Part shown: in pieces, positions 30,273 through 41,344 of the stretch
Position numbering within the stretch: position 1 is the stretch's first letter
Layout: each line of letters starts with the position of its first letter
NCBI GenBank assembly: GCA_964553925.1
Contig: CAZKNR010000182.1
Coordinates: forward strand, 18,132-82,131
Length of the DNA stretch: 64,000 bases
Source of the DNA: an uncultured Acidobacteriota bacterium
GTDB taxonomy: Bacteria; Acidobacteriota; Vicinamibacteria; Marinacidobacterales; SMYC01
Direction: 5' to 3'
The notes under the pieces: generated by a model
The model's database searches: none
What the model was told of the DNA's origin: nothing
What the model saw: the letters and a program-made list of their open reading frames with translations, nothing else
Program-made: the position numbers and the translations under genes

Positions 30273-31617
30273 GTCGTTTCAACATCGAGCGTACCGTTCC
30301 TCCCGGGTCTGAAGAACGGCCTCGCCCCACTTCTCCGAGAAGGCGCGCCGCCTTGGTGGGACTTCCTCCGGCACGGGCGAGCGCCTCTTCGAGGGCCACG
30401 CGCTCGACTTCGTCGACGAGCCTTCTCAGGTTCATGGTGCCGGCCTCGATGCGCCGAGCGATGGCGGCGCGATCGACGAGGCCGGGCTCCGCGAGCCCGG
30501 ACGACGGTTGTGACCCGAGGACGCGCTTCGGGAGATCGGAAAGAAGAAGCTCCTCGCCCGAGCGTTTGTAGACCAGAGCTTCGTAGAGAACGTTCCGGAG
30601 CTCGCGCACGTTTCCCGGCCAGGAGTACGAACCGAGCGCCTCGAGAGCGCGAGGGCTCACCCGTTGGACGCGGCCGCGCCGGGCTCCGTCGGGCTCATCG
30701 CGGTAGAACTTCGCGAGAAAGTGGGCGACGAGATCTCCGAGATCCTCGAGCCGGTCGCGCAGTCGAGGGAGCTGGATGGAAACGATGGCGAGCCTCTCGT
30801 AGAGATCGGCTCCGAAGAGGCCCGCCTCGATGAGCCGGGGGAGATCGCGGTTGGTGGCGGCGATGATGCGAAAGTCCACCTCGTGCCACACGTTTTCTCC
30901 GAGCCGGCTCACGACACGATCCTGCACCACCCGCAGGAGCTTGACCTGGAGCGAGAGCGGTGTGTCGTCGATCTCATCGAGGAAGACCGAGCCGCCCTCC
31001 GCCGCCACCAGGAGGCCTTCATAGCGCTGGCTCGCGCCCGAGAAGGCGCCGCGGGCGTATCCGAAGAGCTCTGCCTCCATGAGCTCGTTGGGAATCGCGG
31101 CGCAGTTGATGGGAATGAAGCGGTGGCCTTTGCGGTGGGACCAGTCGTGGATGAGCCGGGCGCAGACTTCTTTTCCCGTTCCCGTCTCCCCGGTCAGGAG
31201 CACCGGCATCGAGGTCTCGGCCGCGCGCGACACCTGGTCCAGGACTCTCTCCGTGGTCTTGCTCTTTCCCACGAAGAGCTCGGTTCGGGCGGGCGGACGG
31301 GGAGTCGAGAGGAGCTCTCTCAGCCGGCGCTCGATCTGGAGGGCGGCGTCTTTCGAGTCGAGGGAGAGGACGTCGTAGGCCCCTTTCTGGACCGCTTCGA
31401 TCGCCTGGTTCTGGGACACGGCTCGTTTCGAGACCCAGAACCAGGGAAGGGCGTCCCCGGGAGGACGAGGGTCGTCGTTCGCCCGCGCGGTATAAAGTAC
31501 CCGCGCCACCGCTTCCGCCTTTCCCGCAGTCAGATCGAAGCCGCGGTCGGCGAGCTTCGATACCAGCTCCGGAGGCGGGGGAGGGCCCGCCCAATCGATC
31601 GCGTAGCGCCGCGCCAT
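30244..31617 (-). CDS. Sigma-54-dependent transcriptional activator (enhancer-binding protein) with a degenerate receiver-like N-terminal domain and a C-terminal HTH.
   Basis: The AAA+ sigma-54 interaction domain carries Walker A (GETGTGKE) and a GAFSGA variant of the GAFTGA loop. A Fis-type HTH lies at the C-terminus. The ATG is at 31617. Confidence 0.85.
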   Translation of the reverse strand: MARRYAIDWAGPPPPPELVSKLADRGFDLTAGKAEAVARVLYTARANDDPRPPGDALPWFWVSKRAVSQNQAIEAVQKGAYDVLSLDSKDAALQIERRLRELLSTPRPPARTELFVGKSKTTERVLDQVSRAAETSMPVLLTGETGTGKEVCARLIHDWSHRKGHRFIPINCAAIPNELMEAELFGYARGAFSGASQRYEGLLVAAEGGSVFLDEIDDTPLSLQVKLLRVVQDRVVSRLGENVWHEVDFRIIAATNRDLPRLIEAGLFGADLYERLAIVSIQLPRLRDRLEDLGDLVAHFLAKFYRDEPDGARRGRVQRVSPRALEALGSYSWPGNVRELRNVLYEALVYKRSGEELLLSDLPKRVLGSQPSSGLAEPGLVDRAAIARRIEAGTMNLRRLVDEVERVALEEALARAGGSPTKAARLLGEVGRGRSSDPGGTVRSMLKRLNLDRPRRS

Positions 31618-31620
31618 GGT

Positions 31621-31660
31621 CGTATTAAAACACGAATTGGAACGTAATAAAATACGTACC
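31621..31660. promoter_or_regulatory. AT-rich inverted-repeat block, a candidate enhancer (UAS) or IHF site.
   Basis: The sequence CGTATT ... AATACG plus a TACGTA palindrome lies in a 42%-GC island inside a 68%-GC genome. It sits between the divergent activator and flotillin genes. Confidence 0.4.
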
Positions 31661-31706
31661 AAAACTCCAGGATGCGAGATCTTCAGGGAAAAGGGCCAAG
31701 TCCTAC

Positions 31707-31722
31707 TGGCACGTGCCGTGCA
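31707..31722 (+). promoter_or_regulatory. Sigma-54 (-24/-12) promoter, TGGCACG-tgcc-GTGCA.
   Basis: The GG-N10-GC spacing is correct. The site lies 31 nt upstream of the AAGGAGG Shine-Dalgarno of the flotillin gene. Confidence 0.55.
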
Positions 31723-31752
31723 TTTCTGGATCGGTGAAACAAGGAGGGTCGC

Positions 31753-33570
31753 ATGTTAGCAATCGGAAGTTGGCCTACCATTTTGATCTATGGCGGGCTC
31801 GCCCTGGTCGTTCTCTCGCTCTTGCTCTGGGTGAGCGCTCGCTTCATCCGCGAGGACGAGTCGGGTCTCGTCATCAAGCGGTTCGGTCCGCTTCTTCCCC
31901 CGGGCCGGATCGTCGCGATGAGCGGTGAGGCGGGCTATCAGGCGAAAATACTGAACCCCGGGATCCACTTCCCGATGTGGCGATGGCGCTACAAGATCGT
32001 GAGAGTTCCGCTGGTGGTCGTGAGTCCCGGGGAGATCGCTCTGGTGGTGGCCGCGGACGGCGCTGCCATTCCTTCGGAACGTGTGTTGGCGAAAGAGGTG
32101 CGATGCGATCAATTCCAGGATGCGGATGCCTTTCTCCGGAACGGAGGAGAGCGGGGACGCCAGCTCGCCTTCGTGACCGCCGGGAGCTACCGGATCAACC
32201 CGGCGCTGTTCGAGGTCGTGATTTCCGAGAGGGCGGGCCAATACGGTCTTTCGCGCGAGTCGCTCGACGTCTACCAGATGCCGCCGGATCGGGTTGGGAT
32301 CGTGACCGTTCTCGACGGTCGTCCCATCGTCTCCGGCGATCTCGCGGGGCCGATCGTTGCCGGACACGACAGCTTTCAACGGGGCCAGGCGTTCATCGAC
32401 TCCGGCGGATGCCGCGGGCTTCAGGAGCAGGTGCTGCTCTCCGGCGCCTGGAACCTGAATCCCTGGTTCGTGAAGGTCGAGCAGATTCCCTTGACCGAGA
32501 TTGGAATCGGCTACGTCGGAGTGGTGGTGAGCTACGTGGGAAAGGAGCACCTCGACGTCTCGGGCGATGCATTCACCCACGGCGATCTGGTCGAGCGGGG
32601 ACGAAAGGGAGTGTGGGTCGAGCCGCTCCTCCCGGGAAAGCACCCGGTCAACACCCGGGTCATGAAAGTCGAGCTGGTGCCCACGACCAACATCGTCCTC
32701 AACTGGGCTTCGCGGACGGAGGCCCATCACTATGACGAGCGACTGTCTTCGATCAACGTCCGCTCGAAGGACGGCTTCTCCTTCAGCCTCGACGTCTCCC
32801 AGATCATCCATATCGGGATGAAAAACGCCCCGAGAGTGATCTCGCGCGTCGGGTCGATGCAGAATCTCGTGGACCACGTGCTCCAGCCGACCGTCGGGAA
32901 CTACTTCCGCAACTCGGCGCAGCAGGTCACGGTCCTGGAGTTCCTGAACGCTCGGAGCGACCGTCAGCGGGAGGCCTTCGAAAGAATCCAGGAGGCGGTT
33001 TTGGCCTACGACGTGGAGTGCATCGACACTCTCATCGGCGACATCGTGCCCCCGCCCGAGCTGATGAAGACCCAGACCGATCGGAAGATCGCCGAGGAGC
33101 TCACCACGACCTACCAGGCGCAGCGCAGCGCCCAGATCGAGCGGCAGACGCTCGAGCGCGAGACCGCCATCGCCAACATGCAAGCAGATGTGGTCCGGAG
33201 CGAACAGATGGTGCAAATCTCCGAGAAGAACGCTCTCGCCCGCGCCGAGGTCGGTAAGGGCGAAGCGGCTTTCGTTCGGGCCCAGGCCGAAGCCGAAGCC
33301 GCGTCGATGCGGATGAAGGGCGAAGCGGAAGCCGTGGCAATACGCGCGACCGGCTCAGCTCAGGCCGAAGCCTATCGGCTTGGACGCGAATCGCTGGGAG
33401 AGGCGGGCTACGTCGCCACCCAGATGGCCTCGATTCTCGGCCAGAACCGGGTCAAGCTCGTGCCCGACATCGCCGTCGGAGGAGACGGCAGCACCCGCCT
33501 TGCGGACGTGCTCATCGGAAAGATGCTCGCGGGGAGTATCCCGGACGCTTCCGCGCCCACCGCGAAGTAA
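31753..33570 (+). CDS. SPFH/band-7 (flotillin-like) membrane protein (605 aa).
   Basis: The product has an N-terminal transmembrane helix, an SPFH domain, and a long C-terminal coiled coil rich in EA repeats. Confidence 0.8.
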   Translation: MLAIGSWPTILIYGGLALVVLSLLLWVSARFIREDESGLVIKRFGPLLPPGRIVAMSGEAGYQAKILNPGIHFPMWRWRYKIVRVPLVVVSPGEIALVVAADGAAIPSERVLAKEVRCDQFQDADAFLRNGGERGRQLAFVTAGSYRINPALFEVVISERAGQYGLSRESLDVYQMPPDRVGIVTVLDGRPIVSGDLAGPIVAGHDSFQRGQAFIDSGGCRGLQEQVLLSGAWNLNPWFVKVEQIPLTEIGIGYVGVVVSYVGKEHLDVSGDAFTHGDLVERGRKGVWVEPLLPGKHPVNTRVMKVELVPTTNIVLNWASRTEAHHYDERLSSINVRSKDGFSFSLDVSQIIHIGMKNAPRVISRVGSMQNLVDHVLQPTVGNYFRNSAQQVTVLEFLNARSDRQREAFERIQEAVLAYDVECIDTLIGDIVPPPELMKTQTDRKIAEELTTTYQAQRSAQIERQTLERETAIANMQADVVRSEQMVQISEKNALARAEVGKGEAAFVRAQAEAEAASMRMKGEAEAVAIRATGSAQAEAYRLGRESLGEAGYVATQMASILGQNRVKLVPDIAVGGDGSTRLADVLIGKMLAGSIPDASAPTAK

Positions 33571-33576
33571 CGGATC

Positions 33577-33609
33577 GAGGGCCGGCTTCCGGCGAGGAGG
33601 CCGGCCCTC
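33577..33609 (+). terminator. GC-rich hairpin, a candidate intrinsic terminator.
   Basis: A 10-bp perfect stem (GAGGGCCGGC/GCCGGCCCTC) lies 7 nt after the flotillin stop, but the U-tract is weak. Confidence 0.4.
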
Positions 33610-33648
33610 ACGTTTCCGGCGGGGCACGCATTCGCTACAATCTCTGGT

Positions 33649-34161
33649 GTGACCGTAGTAGAAACGGAAAGATTGACCCTTCGCCGGCTCGAGATCGGCG
33701 ACGCAGAGTTCATTCTCGGTCTCTTGAACGATCCCTCGTTTCTTCGATTCATCGGAGACAAACGGGTCAGGACCCTTGAGGGCGCCCGGGAGTACATCTT
33801 GAACGGGCCGGTCGCAAGCTACGAACGATTCGGATTCGGATTATATTTGACCGAGCGTAAGGACGACGGTGCCCCGATCGGGATCTGCGGTCTCTTGAAA
33901 CGAGAAGCCTTGAAGGACGTCGACCTCGGGTTCGCCTTTCTTCCACGATTCTGGTCGAAGGGCTATGCGTTCGAATCCGCCTCCGCGGTGATGGCCTACG
34001 GAAGAAGCGTCCTCGGGCTCACCCGCATCGTGGCGGTGACGTCGCCCGACAACGAGGCATCGATCCGATTGCTGGAGAAGCTGGGCATGAAGTTCGAATC
34101 CATGGTTCGGCTATCCGAGGATGTCCCCGAGATCCGGTTGTTCGCATCGGACGCGTCATGA
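33649..34161 (+). CDS. GNAT family N-acetyltransferase (RimJ/RimL-like).
   Basis: The GNAT fold is present. The start is GTG. Confidence 0.75.
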   Translation: MTVVETERLTLRRLEIGDAEFILGLLNDPSFLRFIGDKRVRTLEGAREYILNGPVASYERFGFGLYLTERKDDGAPIGICGLLKREALKDVDLGFAFLPRFWSKGYAFESASAVMAYGRSVLGLTRIVAVTSPDNEASIRLLEKLGMKFESMVRLSEDVPEIRLFASDAS

Positions 34162-34607
34162 GAAGAGGCTTCCGCGCCGTCCTCCAAGGCGGGCTCCTCG
34201 CCGGGGTCCTGGACATCGTGGCCGCGTTCGTCGTCTACGGTTTTCGCGGCGCGACCCCCATCCGGATACTCCAGTCCATCGCGAGCGGACTACTCGGGGC
34301 GGAGGCTTTCGAGGGCGGCCTCGCGACCGCGGCCTTCGGCGGGCTGCTGCACTTCGTCATCGCCTGCGGCTGGGCCGTCGTCTACTACGGGGCGAGTCGG
34401 CGGCTTCGGGTCCTCTCGAGTCGACCCGTCCTCTCGGGAATGGCGTACGGAGCGGCGGTGTACCTCATGATGAATCTCGTGGTCCTGCCCCTCTCCGCCT
34501 TTCCGAAACGCCCGTTCGCCTTCGACGTCGTCATCCTGATCGTCCACATGTTCTGTGTCGGGCTTCCCATCGCGCTTTCGGTGAGCCGCTCGGTGCCGAA
34601 GGTCTAG
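34158..34607 (+). CDS. Hypothetical membrane protein with four transmembrane helices.
   Basis: The start overlaps the upstream stop as ATGA. The composition is hydrophobic. Confidence 0.5.
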   Translation: MRRGFRAVLQGGLLAGVLDIVAAFVVYGFRGATPIRILQSIASGLLGAEAFEGGLATAAFGGLLHFVIACGWAVVYYGASRRLRVLSSRPVLSGMAYGAAVYLMMNLVVLPLSAFPKRPFAFDVVILIVHMFCVGLPIALSVSRSVPKV

Positions 34608-34617
34608 CCGAAATTCC

Positions 34618-35877
34618 GTGCGCCGCCTCGCGCCCGTTCTAAGGCCACGCTCCGGGAGAAAGCTTCCGCCGGATTTGCGGGCCAGGAACGTCGGGCGCCT
34701 GGCGGGGAGCTTGCCGCAGGGCGTCCGGGACCCGGCGTTCGAGCCGCTTCTCCGGCGGATCGAACAGGGGCCGGTTCACGGCGGCAACCGCGTCACCGTC
34801 GTCCACCGCGGTCAAGAGGCCTTTCAGCTCATGCGGCGCGCGATCGAGGGCGCGGTAGAAGAAATTCTCCTCGAGTCCTACATATTCAAGGACGACAAAA
34901 CCGGCTGGGAGATGCTGGAGCTCCTTGGCCACGCCTCTTCGCGCGGTGTTGCGGTTCGGGTCCTGGCGGATGCTTTCGGGTCCCTCTGGACCCGGTCAGG
35001 CTTCTGGCGGGAGATGCGCAAGCGCGGTTGCGAGGTGCGGCTGTTTCATCCCGTCTTCCCGTATTTTTGGCACCAGTTCTTTCGGGACCACAGGAAGATC
35101 CTGGTCGTCGATCGAAGCGTCGGGTTTACCGGAGGAATGAACATCGCCGAGGAGTACGGCTCGCCGCGAGCGCGCGGGCACGTCCGCGCGTGGAGGGACA
35201 CTCACGCGCAGGTCGAGGGGCCGGCGGCGTGGGAGCTCGCCCTGGTATTCTCGGAAGCCTGGCATAGGGCGGGGGGAACGCCGCTCGCGATCCCGTCTCT
35301 CGTCGTGGACGACGCCAAACCGCCTGCGGGAGCGCGCGTCCTGGTCCTGGACTCGCGGCCGCTCCGCGGGCATCAAGAGTCAGCCGCCGTGCTTTCAGCG
35401 ATCGTCGGCGCCGCGCGCCGGTCGGTTTTCATCACCAACGCCTACTTCGCGCCGAGCTCGGTGGCGATCGAGATTCTCGACGCTGCCGCCCGCCGCGGAG
35501 TCGACGTCCGCCTGCTTCTTCCCGGCGCGAGCGACGTGCCACTCATCCGCCACGCGGGGCATGGCTACTTCGACGTCTTGCTGGAGAGCGGGGTGCGGAT
35601 CTTCGAGTACGGCGCCGCCGTGCTTCACGGGAAGACCATGGTCGCGGACGGATTCGTCAGCGTCGTGGGCTCGACCAATCTAGACTTTCGCTCTTTCCGA
35701 TTCAACGCCGAGTGCAATCTCGTCGTCCTCGACGAAGAAACCGGCGCGGGCATGGTGGTGGCGTTCGAGGAGGACCTGACCCTTTCGGAGGAAATTCGGC
35801 CCGAGCCCTGGCGCCGGCGCGGACTCGGGCATCGATGGGGCGACGCCCTCGCACGGCGCCTGAGCCCACTCCTGTGA
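34618..35877 (+). CDS. cls: Phospholipase D family protein, a ClsB-type cardiolipin synthase.
   Basis: Two HKD motifs (HRKILVVD and HGKTMVADG) are present. There is no N-terminal transmembrane helix. Confidence 0.8.
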   Translation: MRRLAPVLRPRSGRKLPPDLRARNVGRLAGSLPQGVRDPAFEPLLRRIEQGPVHGGNRVTVVHRGQEAFQLMRRAIEGAVEEILLESYIFKDDKTGWEMLELLGHASSRGVAVRVLADAFGSLWTRSGFWREMRKRGCEVRLFHPVFPYFWHQFFRDHRKILVVDRSVGFTGGMNIAEEYGSPRARGHVRAWRDTHAQVEGPAAWELALVFSEAWHRAGGTPLAIPSLVVDDAKPPAGARVLVLDSRPLRGHQESAAVLSAIVGAARRSVFITNAYFAPSSVAIEILDAAARRGVDVRLLLPGASDVPLIRHAGHGYFDVLLESGVRIFEYGAAVLHGKTMVADGFVSVVGSTNLDFRSFRFNAECNLVVLDEETGAGMVVAFEEDLTLSEEIRPEPWRRRGLGHRWGDALARRLSPLL

Positions 35878-35994
35878 GCGGCCATCAGGGGATCATGACC
35901 TCTCGGCATAGTGTTGCGCCGATGAAGACCATCTTCTCGGAGAGGTCCGCATCGATCGTGTCGACGAGGTGACGGCCCGAGATCCGGGACAGGT

Positions 35995-36026
35995 GTAAAG
36001 TTCATGATATTGCACTTTACTCATGA
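35995..36026. promoter_or_regulatory. AT-rich inverted/direct repeat upstream of phoD.
   Basis: The sequence is GTAAAGT-TCATGA-tattgc-ACTTTAC-TCATGA, within a low-GC island. Confidence 0.35.
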
Positions 36027-36102
36027 GTGAAGTTGGATTCGTAGGGCGGAAACGACGTGGTACCGCCTTGACAAGCCTTTGGAAATTGATTCGGATACGC
36101 CT

Positions 36103-37422
36103 ATGAGGCGTACGAGGCTCCGTTTCGGGATCGTTCTGCTCCTCGGCATTTTCGGCGGGTCTACCTCCGTCATGGCTCGCGGTCCCGCCCACTGGGTATG
36201 GTCCGGCGCGGTGACCGAAACCACCGCCGTCGTGAAGGCGAAGGTGGATGGCAGTGGCGCCCCGCGGCTGCTCGTCGGGACGATGGAGGTGTCGCCACGA
36301 GAAATGAGCCCGAGCGGCGTCGCCACGTTTTACCTCGAGGGACTGTTGCCGGAGACCACCTATGACTACCGCGTGGCCGTTGGGAGTAGCGCCTTTCTCG
36401 GCGGCCGCTTCCGGACGTTCGCTTCCGCGCCGGCGTCGTTTCGGTTCGTCTTCGGCTCTTGCGCCAGGACCGGGTCGAACCACCGGATCTTCGAGACGAT
36501 GGAGTCCCTCGAGCCTCTGTTCACGCTCCATATGGGAGATTTCCATTACGAGAACATCACAGAGAACGACCCGGCCAAGTTTCAGCGGGCCTTCGACAAG
36601 GTGCTCGCCTCCGACCGACAGTCGTCCCTCTATCGCTCCGCACCCATCGCTTACATCTGGGACGACCACGACTATGGCCCGAACGACGCCGACCGCACGC
36701 ACGCGGGAAGGCAAGCGGCGCTCGCGACCTACGACGAGTACGTGCCTCACTACCCCCTCGAGCGCGACCACGGGCTTCCACGGGATCTGCACCAGGCGTT
36801 CACCGTCGGCCGCGTGCGATTCCTTCTCACCGACGTCCGCTCCGAACGCGTGCCCGACCAGACGCCGGAGGGTCCGGACAAGACGATGCTCGGTCTCGCT
36901 CAGAGGCAGTGGCTGCTCGGCGAGATCGAGGCCGCCCGCGATCGTTACGCCCTCGTCGTCTGGGTCAATCCCGTCCCCTGGATCACCGAAGCGGGGAGCG
37001 TTCACGGCTGGGGTCGCTACGACTGGGAACGCCGTTACATCGCCGATCGCATTCGCGATTCCGGGATGGCCGAGCGGCTGCTCATGCTGAGCGGTGACGC
37101 CCACATGGTGGCGATCGACGATGGAACGAACTCGAACTTCGCGACCGACCCCCCGGCCGGGGAGCGGGGATTCCCCGTCGCGCACGCGGCGCCTCTCGAC
37201 CGCTACCCGCGCCCGAAGGGGGGGCCCTACAGTCACGGCGAGGCGGCCCGTCGAAGCCTCTTCGGACTCATTTCGATCCAGCAGTTCGGTCTCGCCGATA
37301 TTCGGGACGACGGCGAGACGCTTCTGGTCTCCCTCTCGGGGCGAAACGATCGCGGCGAGCTTCTCCCGGGGATGAGCCTGCGGCTTTCGTGCGTCGAGCG
37401 TGGATGTCGCACCATCCCTTGA
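36103..37422 (+). CDS. phoD: PhoD-like alkaline phosphatase/phosphodiesterase.
   Basis: A PhoD N-terminal domain and a metallophosphatase domain are present. The start is the ATG at 36103. The antisense 447-aa ORF is rejected. Confidence 0.8.
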   Translation: MRRTRLRFGIVLLLGIFGGSTSVMARGPAHWVWSGAVTETTAVVKAKVDGSGAPRLLVGTMEVSPREMSPSGVATFYLEGLLPETTYDYRVAVGSSAFLGGRFRTFASAPASFRFVFGSCARTGSNHRIFETMESLEPLFTLHMGDFHYENITENDPAKFQRAFDKVLASDRQSSLYRSAPIAYIWDDHDYGPNDADRTHAGRQAALATYDEYVPHYPLERDHGLPRDLHQAFTVGRVRFLLTDVRSERVPDQTPEGPDKTMLGLAQRQWLLGEIEAARDRYALVVWVNPVPWITEAGSVHGWGRYDWERRYIADRIRDSGMAERLLMLSGDAHMVAIDDGTNSNFATDPPAGERGFPVAHAAPLDRYPRPKGGPYSHGEAARRSLFGLISIQQFGLADIRDDGETLLVSLSGRNDRGELLPGMSLRLSCVERGCRTIP

Positions 37423-37440
37423 CCGGCGTCGTCCACCGTT

Positions 37441-37677
37441 TCAGGCTCGAGGATGACGAAGGCGCGTGCGGCTTCGAAAGACGGCGAGCCCGACGGAAGT
37501 CGCTACCCCAAGAGGTGCCGCCAGAAGGAGCAGAATCGCGCGGTTGAGCTTCACCGCCATCGCTCGTCCCTCTTCCGAGCTCTCGACGGCCGCACGGCAG
37601 AGGGCGCACTGGGCGAACGCGGGCGGTGCCGCTCCGTGAAGAACCGCCGCCAGCACGAGGACACCGAGGCGCTTCAT
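37441..37677 (-). CDS. Small membrane protein (78 aa) with a signal peptide, a CALC (CxxC) motif and a C-terminal transmembrane anchor. It is the fifth gene of the cta operon.
   Basis: Its ATG at 37677 overlaps the ctaF stop as ATGA. The sequence is MKRLGVLVLAAVLHGAAPPAFAQ-CALC...ILLLLAAPLGVATSVGLAVF. Confidence 0.45.
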   Translation of the reverse strand: MKRLGVLVLAAVLHGAAPPAFAQCALCRAAVESSEEGRAMAVKLNRAILLLLAAPLGVATSVGLAVFRSRTRLRHPRA

Positions 37678-37973
37678 CGTCCGCCGTGGAGGACGGCGAA
37701 CCCGTCGGGGATGAGGAGGGCGAAGAGGATCGCCCCGAAGAACAGGATCGAGAACGCGACGGAGATTCCCACCACGAGCTTCTCGTGCTTCAGGTCCATG
37801 AACTGCGACGAGATGAAGAACGCCTTGGTGAGCATCGCCGCGATCAAGATGACGAGAAGCAGAATGCGCGGAAGGCCCACGGCGTCGACGAAGACCATGA
37901 CACAGGTAAGGACGAGGAGCAGACCCCAGGTCTTCCACAGGGTGCCGTACGGTGACGTCTCGCGATTTTCCAT
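37674..37973 (-). CDS. ctaF: Cytochrome c oxidase subunit IV (bacterial caa3/aa3 type).
   Basis: The product is about 99 aa with three transmembrane helices and follows ctaE. Confidence 0.7.
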   Translation of the reverse strand: MENRETSPYGTLWKTWGLLLVLTCVMVFVDAVGLPRILLLVILIAAMLTKAFFISSQFMDLKHEKLVVGISVAFSILFFGAILFALLIPDGFAVLHGGR

Positions 37974-37980
37974 TACTACC

Positions 37981-38589
37981 TCAGACCAGATAGAACAACG
38001 TGAAGACGAAGACCCACACCAGATCGACGAAGTGCCAGTAGAGCCCCGCGAGCTCGACTCCGGCCGCGGTCGTCTTTCCCGCGCGGGAGCGGAAGGCCAG
38101 AGTCAGGAGCACGACGGTCCCGATGAGCACGTGAGTGCCGTGAAAACCGGTGATGAGGAAGAAGTAGTTGCCGAAAGCGGGCACGTTCCAGGGGTTCGTT
38201 CCGAGGGTAACGCCATCGCGGATGAGGCCGCCCCATTCATAGGCCTGCATCGCAAGAAAGGTCGCGCCCCCGGCGAAGGTCAAAAGAACCATGTTCGCGA
38301 CCTTCTTCCAGTCGGCGAGCCTTGCGGCGGCAACGGCCGTGGCCATGGTGGCGCTCGAGGTGATCAGCACGAACGTCATCAGCGAGATGAACCACAGGTG
38401 GAACACCTCCTGTTGGTCGGGCCAGATCGCGGCCCCGGTCCGCGCGAACCCGTAGCTCGCGAGAAAGCCGGCGAACAGAAGTCCATCGGTGACGATGAAG
38501 ATCCACATCATCAACTTCTGCCAGCTCATCCCCAGGGGAGCGACTCCCCCCGACCAGTTCATGGGTGCTTCACGGGCAGTCGACACCAT
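37981..38589 (-). CDS. ctaE: Cytochrome c oxidase subunit III.
   Basis: The subunit III transmembrane pattern is present (FFLITGFHGTHV). Confidence 0.85.
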   Translation of the reverse strand: MVSTAREAPMNWSGGVAPLGMSWQKLMMWIFIVTDGLLFAGFLASYGFARTGAAIWPDQQEVFHLWFISLMTFVLITSSATMATAVAAARLADWKKVANMVLLTFAGGATFLAMQAYEWGGLIRDGVTLGTNPWNVPAFGNYFFLITGFHGTHVLIGTVVLLTLAFRSRAGKTTAAGVELAGLYWHFVDLVWVFVFTLFYLV

Positions 38590-38604
38590 GGACGCTCCTT
38601 TGGC

Positions 38605-40376
<1,772 letters not shown>

Positions 40377-40380
<4 letters not shown>

Positions 40381-41198
40381 CTCCGTCCTGCCTCTCGCTT
40401 TTCCGCGAGGTAGCGCTCGAACTCGTCGTCGGAGACGACGCGCAGGAAGCCTCGCATCTGGTAATGGCCGAAGCCGCAAAGCTCGGCGCAGGCGATCTCG
40501 AACTCCCCTTCGCGGTTCGGAACGAACCACAGCTCGATGGTCATCCCGGGAACCGCGTCCTGCTTGATGCGGTGATGGGGGAGGTAGAAGCTGTGGAGCA
40601 CGTCCTTGGACCGGAGCCGCACTTTCACCGCGCGATTCACCGGGACGTAGATGAGCGCGAGCTCGTGGATGTCGTCGGCGGCGGCGGGATCGGATTCATC
40701 CACGCCGAGCGCGTTCTCGTCGGTGATGAGCGCGGGGTCGGTCCTTCCGAGCCGGCCGTCCTCGCCGGGATAGCGCACGTTCCACGTGAACTGCTCCCCG
40801 GTCACCTCCACCATGATCGCGTCGGCGGGAGGTTCCTGGGTGTAGAGCTGACCGAACACGGGAATCCCGAGGACGAGAACACCACCCTCGGCCAACACCG
40901 TCATCAGGATCGCCGGCGCCACCGACCAGAACCTCTGCGCCGTGGCGCCGGGAAGCGTCGGGCTCACGCGGGCGACCCGGCTGAATCGAAAGACGAAGTA
41001 CCCGAGGACGAGGTGTCCGATCACGACGAGAGTACCGGTGGTGACGAGAAGGTAGAGGAGCATCACGTCGATGCCCTTTCCGTGCTCGGACGCCACCTCC
41101 GGAAGGTATCGACGCGCACCCAAGATGAAGACGCCGATGCCGAGAAACCATAACGTGAGAGCGAGCGCGATGCCCAGGGCCGGTCTTGTGTCCTTCAT
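40377..41198 (-). CDS. ctaC: Cytochrome c oxidase subunit II (CuA-containing, no fused cytochrome c domain).
   Basis: Two transmembrane helices and a CuA motif (H...CAELCGFGHYQM) are present. Confidence 0.85.
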
Positions 41199-41211
41199 CG
41201 GGGCGGCCTAT

Positions 41212-41228
41212 CGCAAACCCGATGCCAA
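41212..41228 (-). promoter_or_regulatory. Candidate sigma-54 promoter for the cta operon, TGGCATC-gggt-TTGCG.
   Basis: The GG-N10-GC spacing is correct on the minus strand. The site lies about 14 nt upstream of the ctaC ATG, which would imply a near-leaderless transcript. Confidence 0.35.
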
Positions 41229-41344
41229 TTTGAGGCCGTTGGCGGGCGGCCGGAATTACTGAGGTTTTGTGGCGGAGGCCGGACGTTCCTACTCGCCAAG
41301 CGTTCACGGCTGAGAGATTTCACCCAGTGATGCGGGAAATGTCG

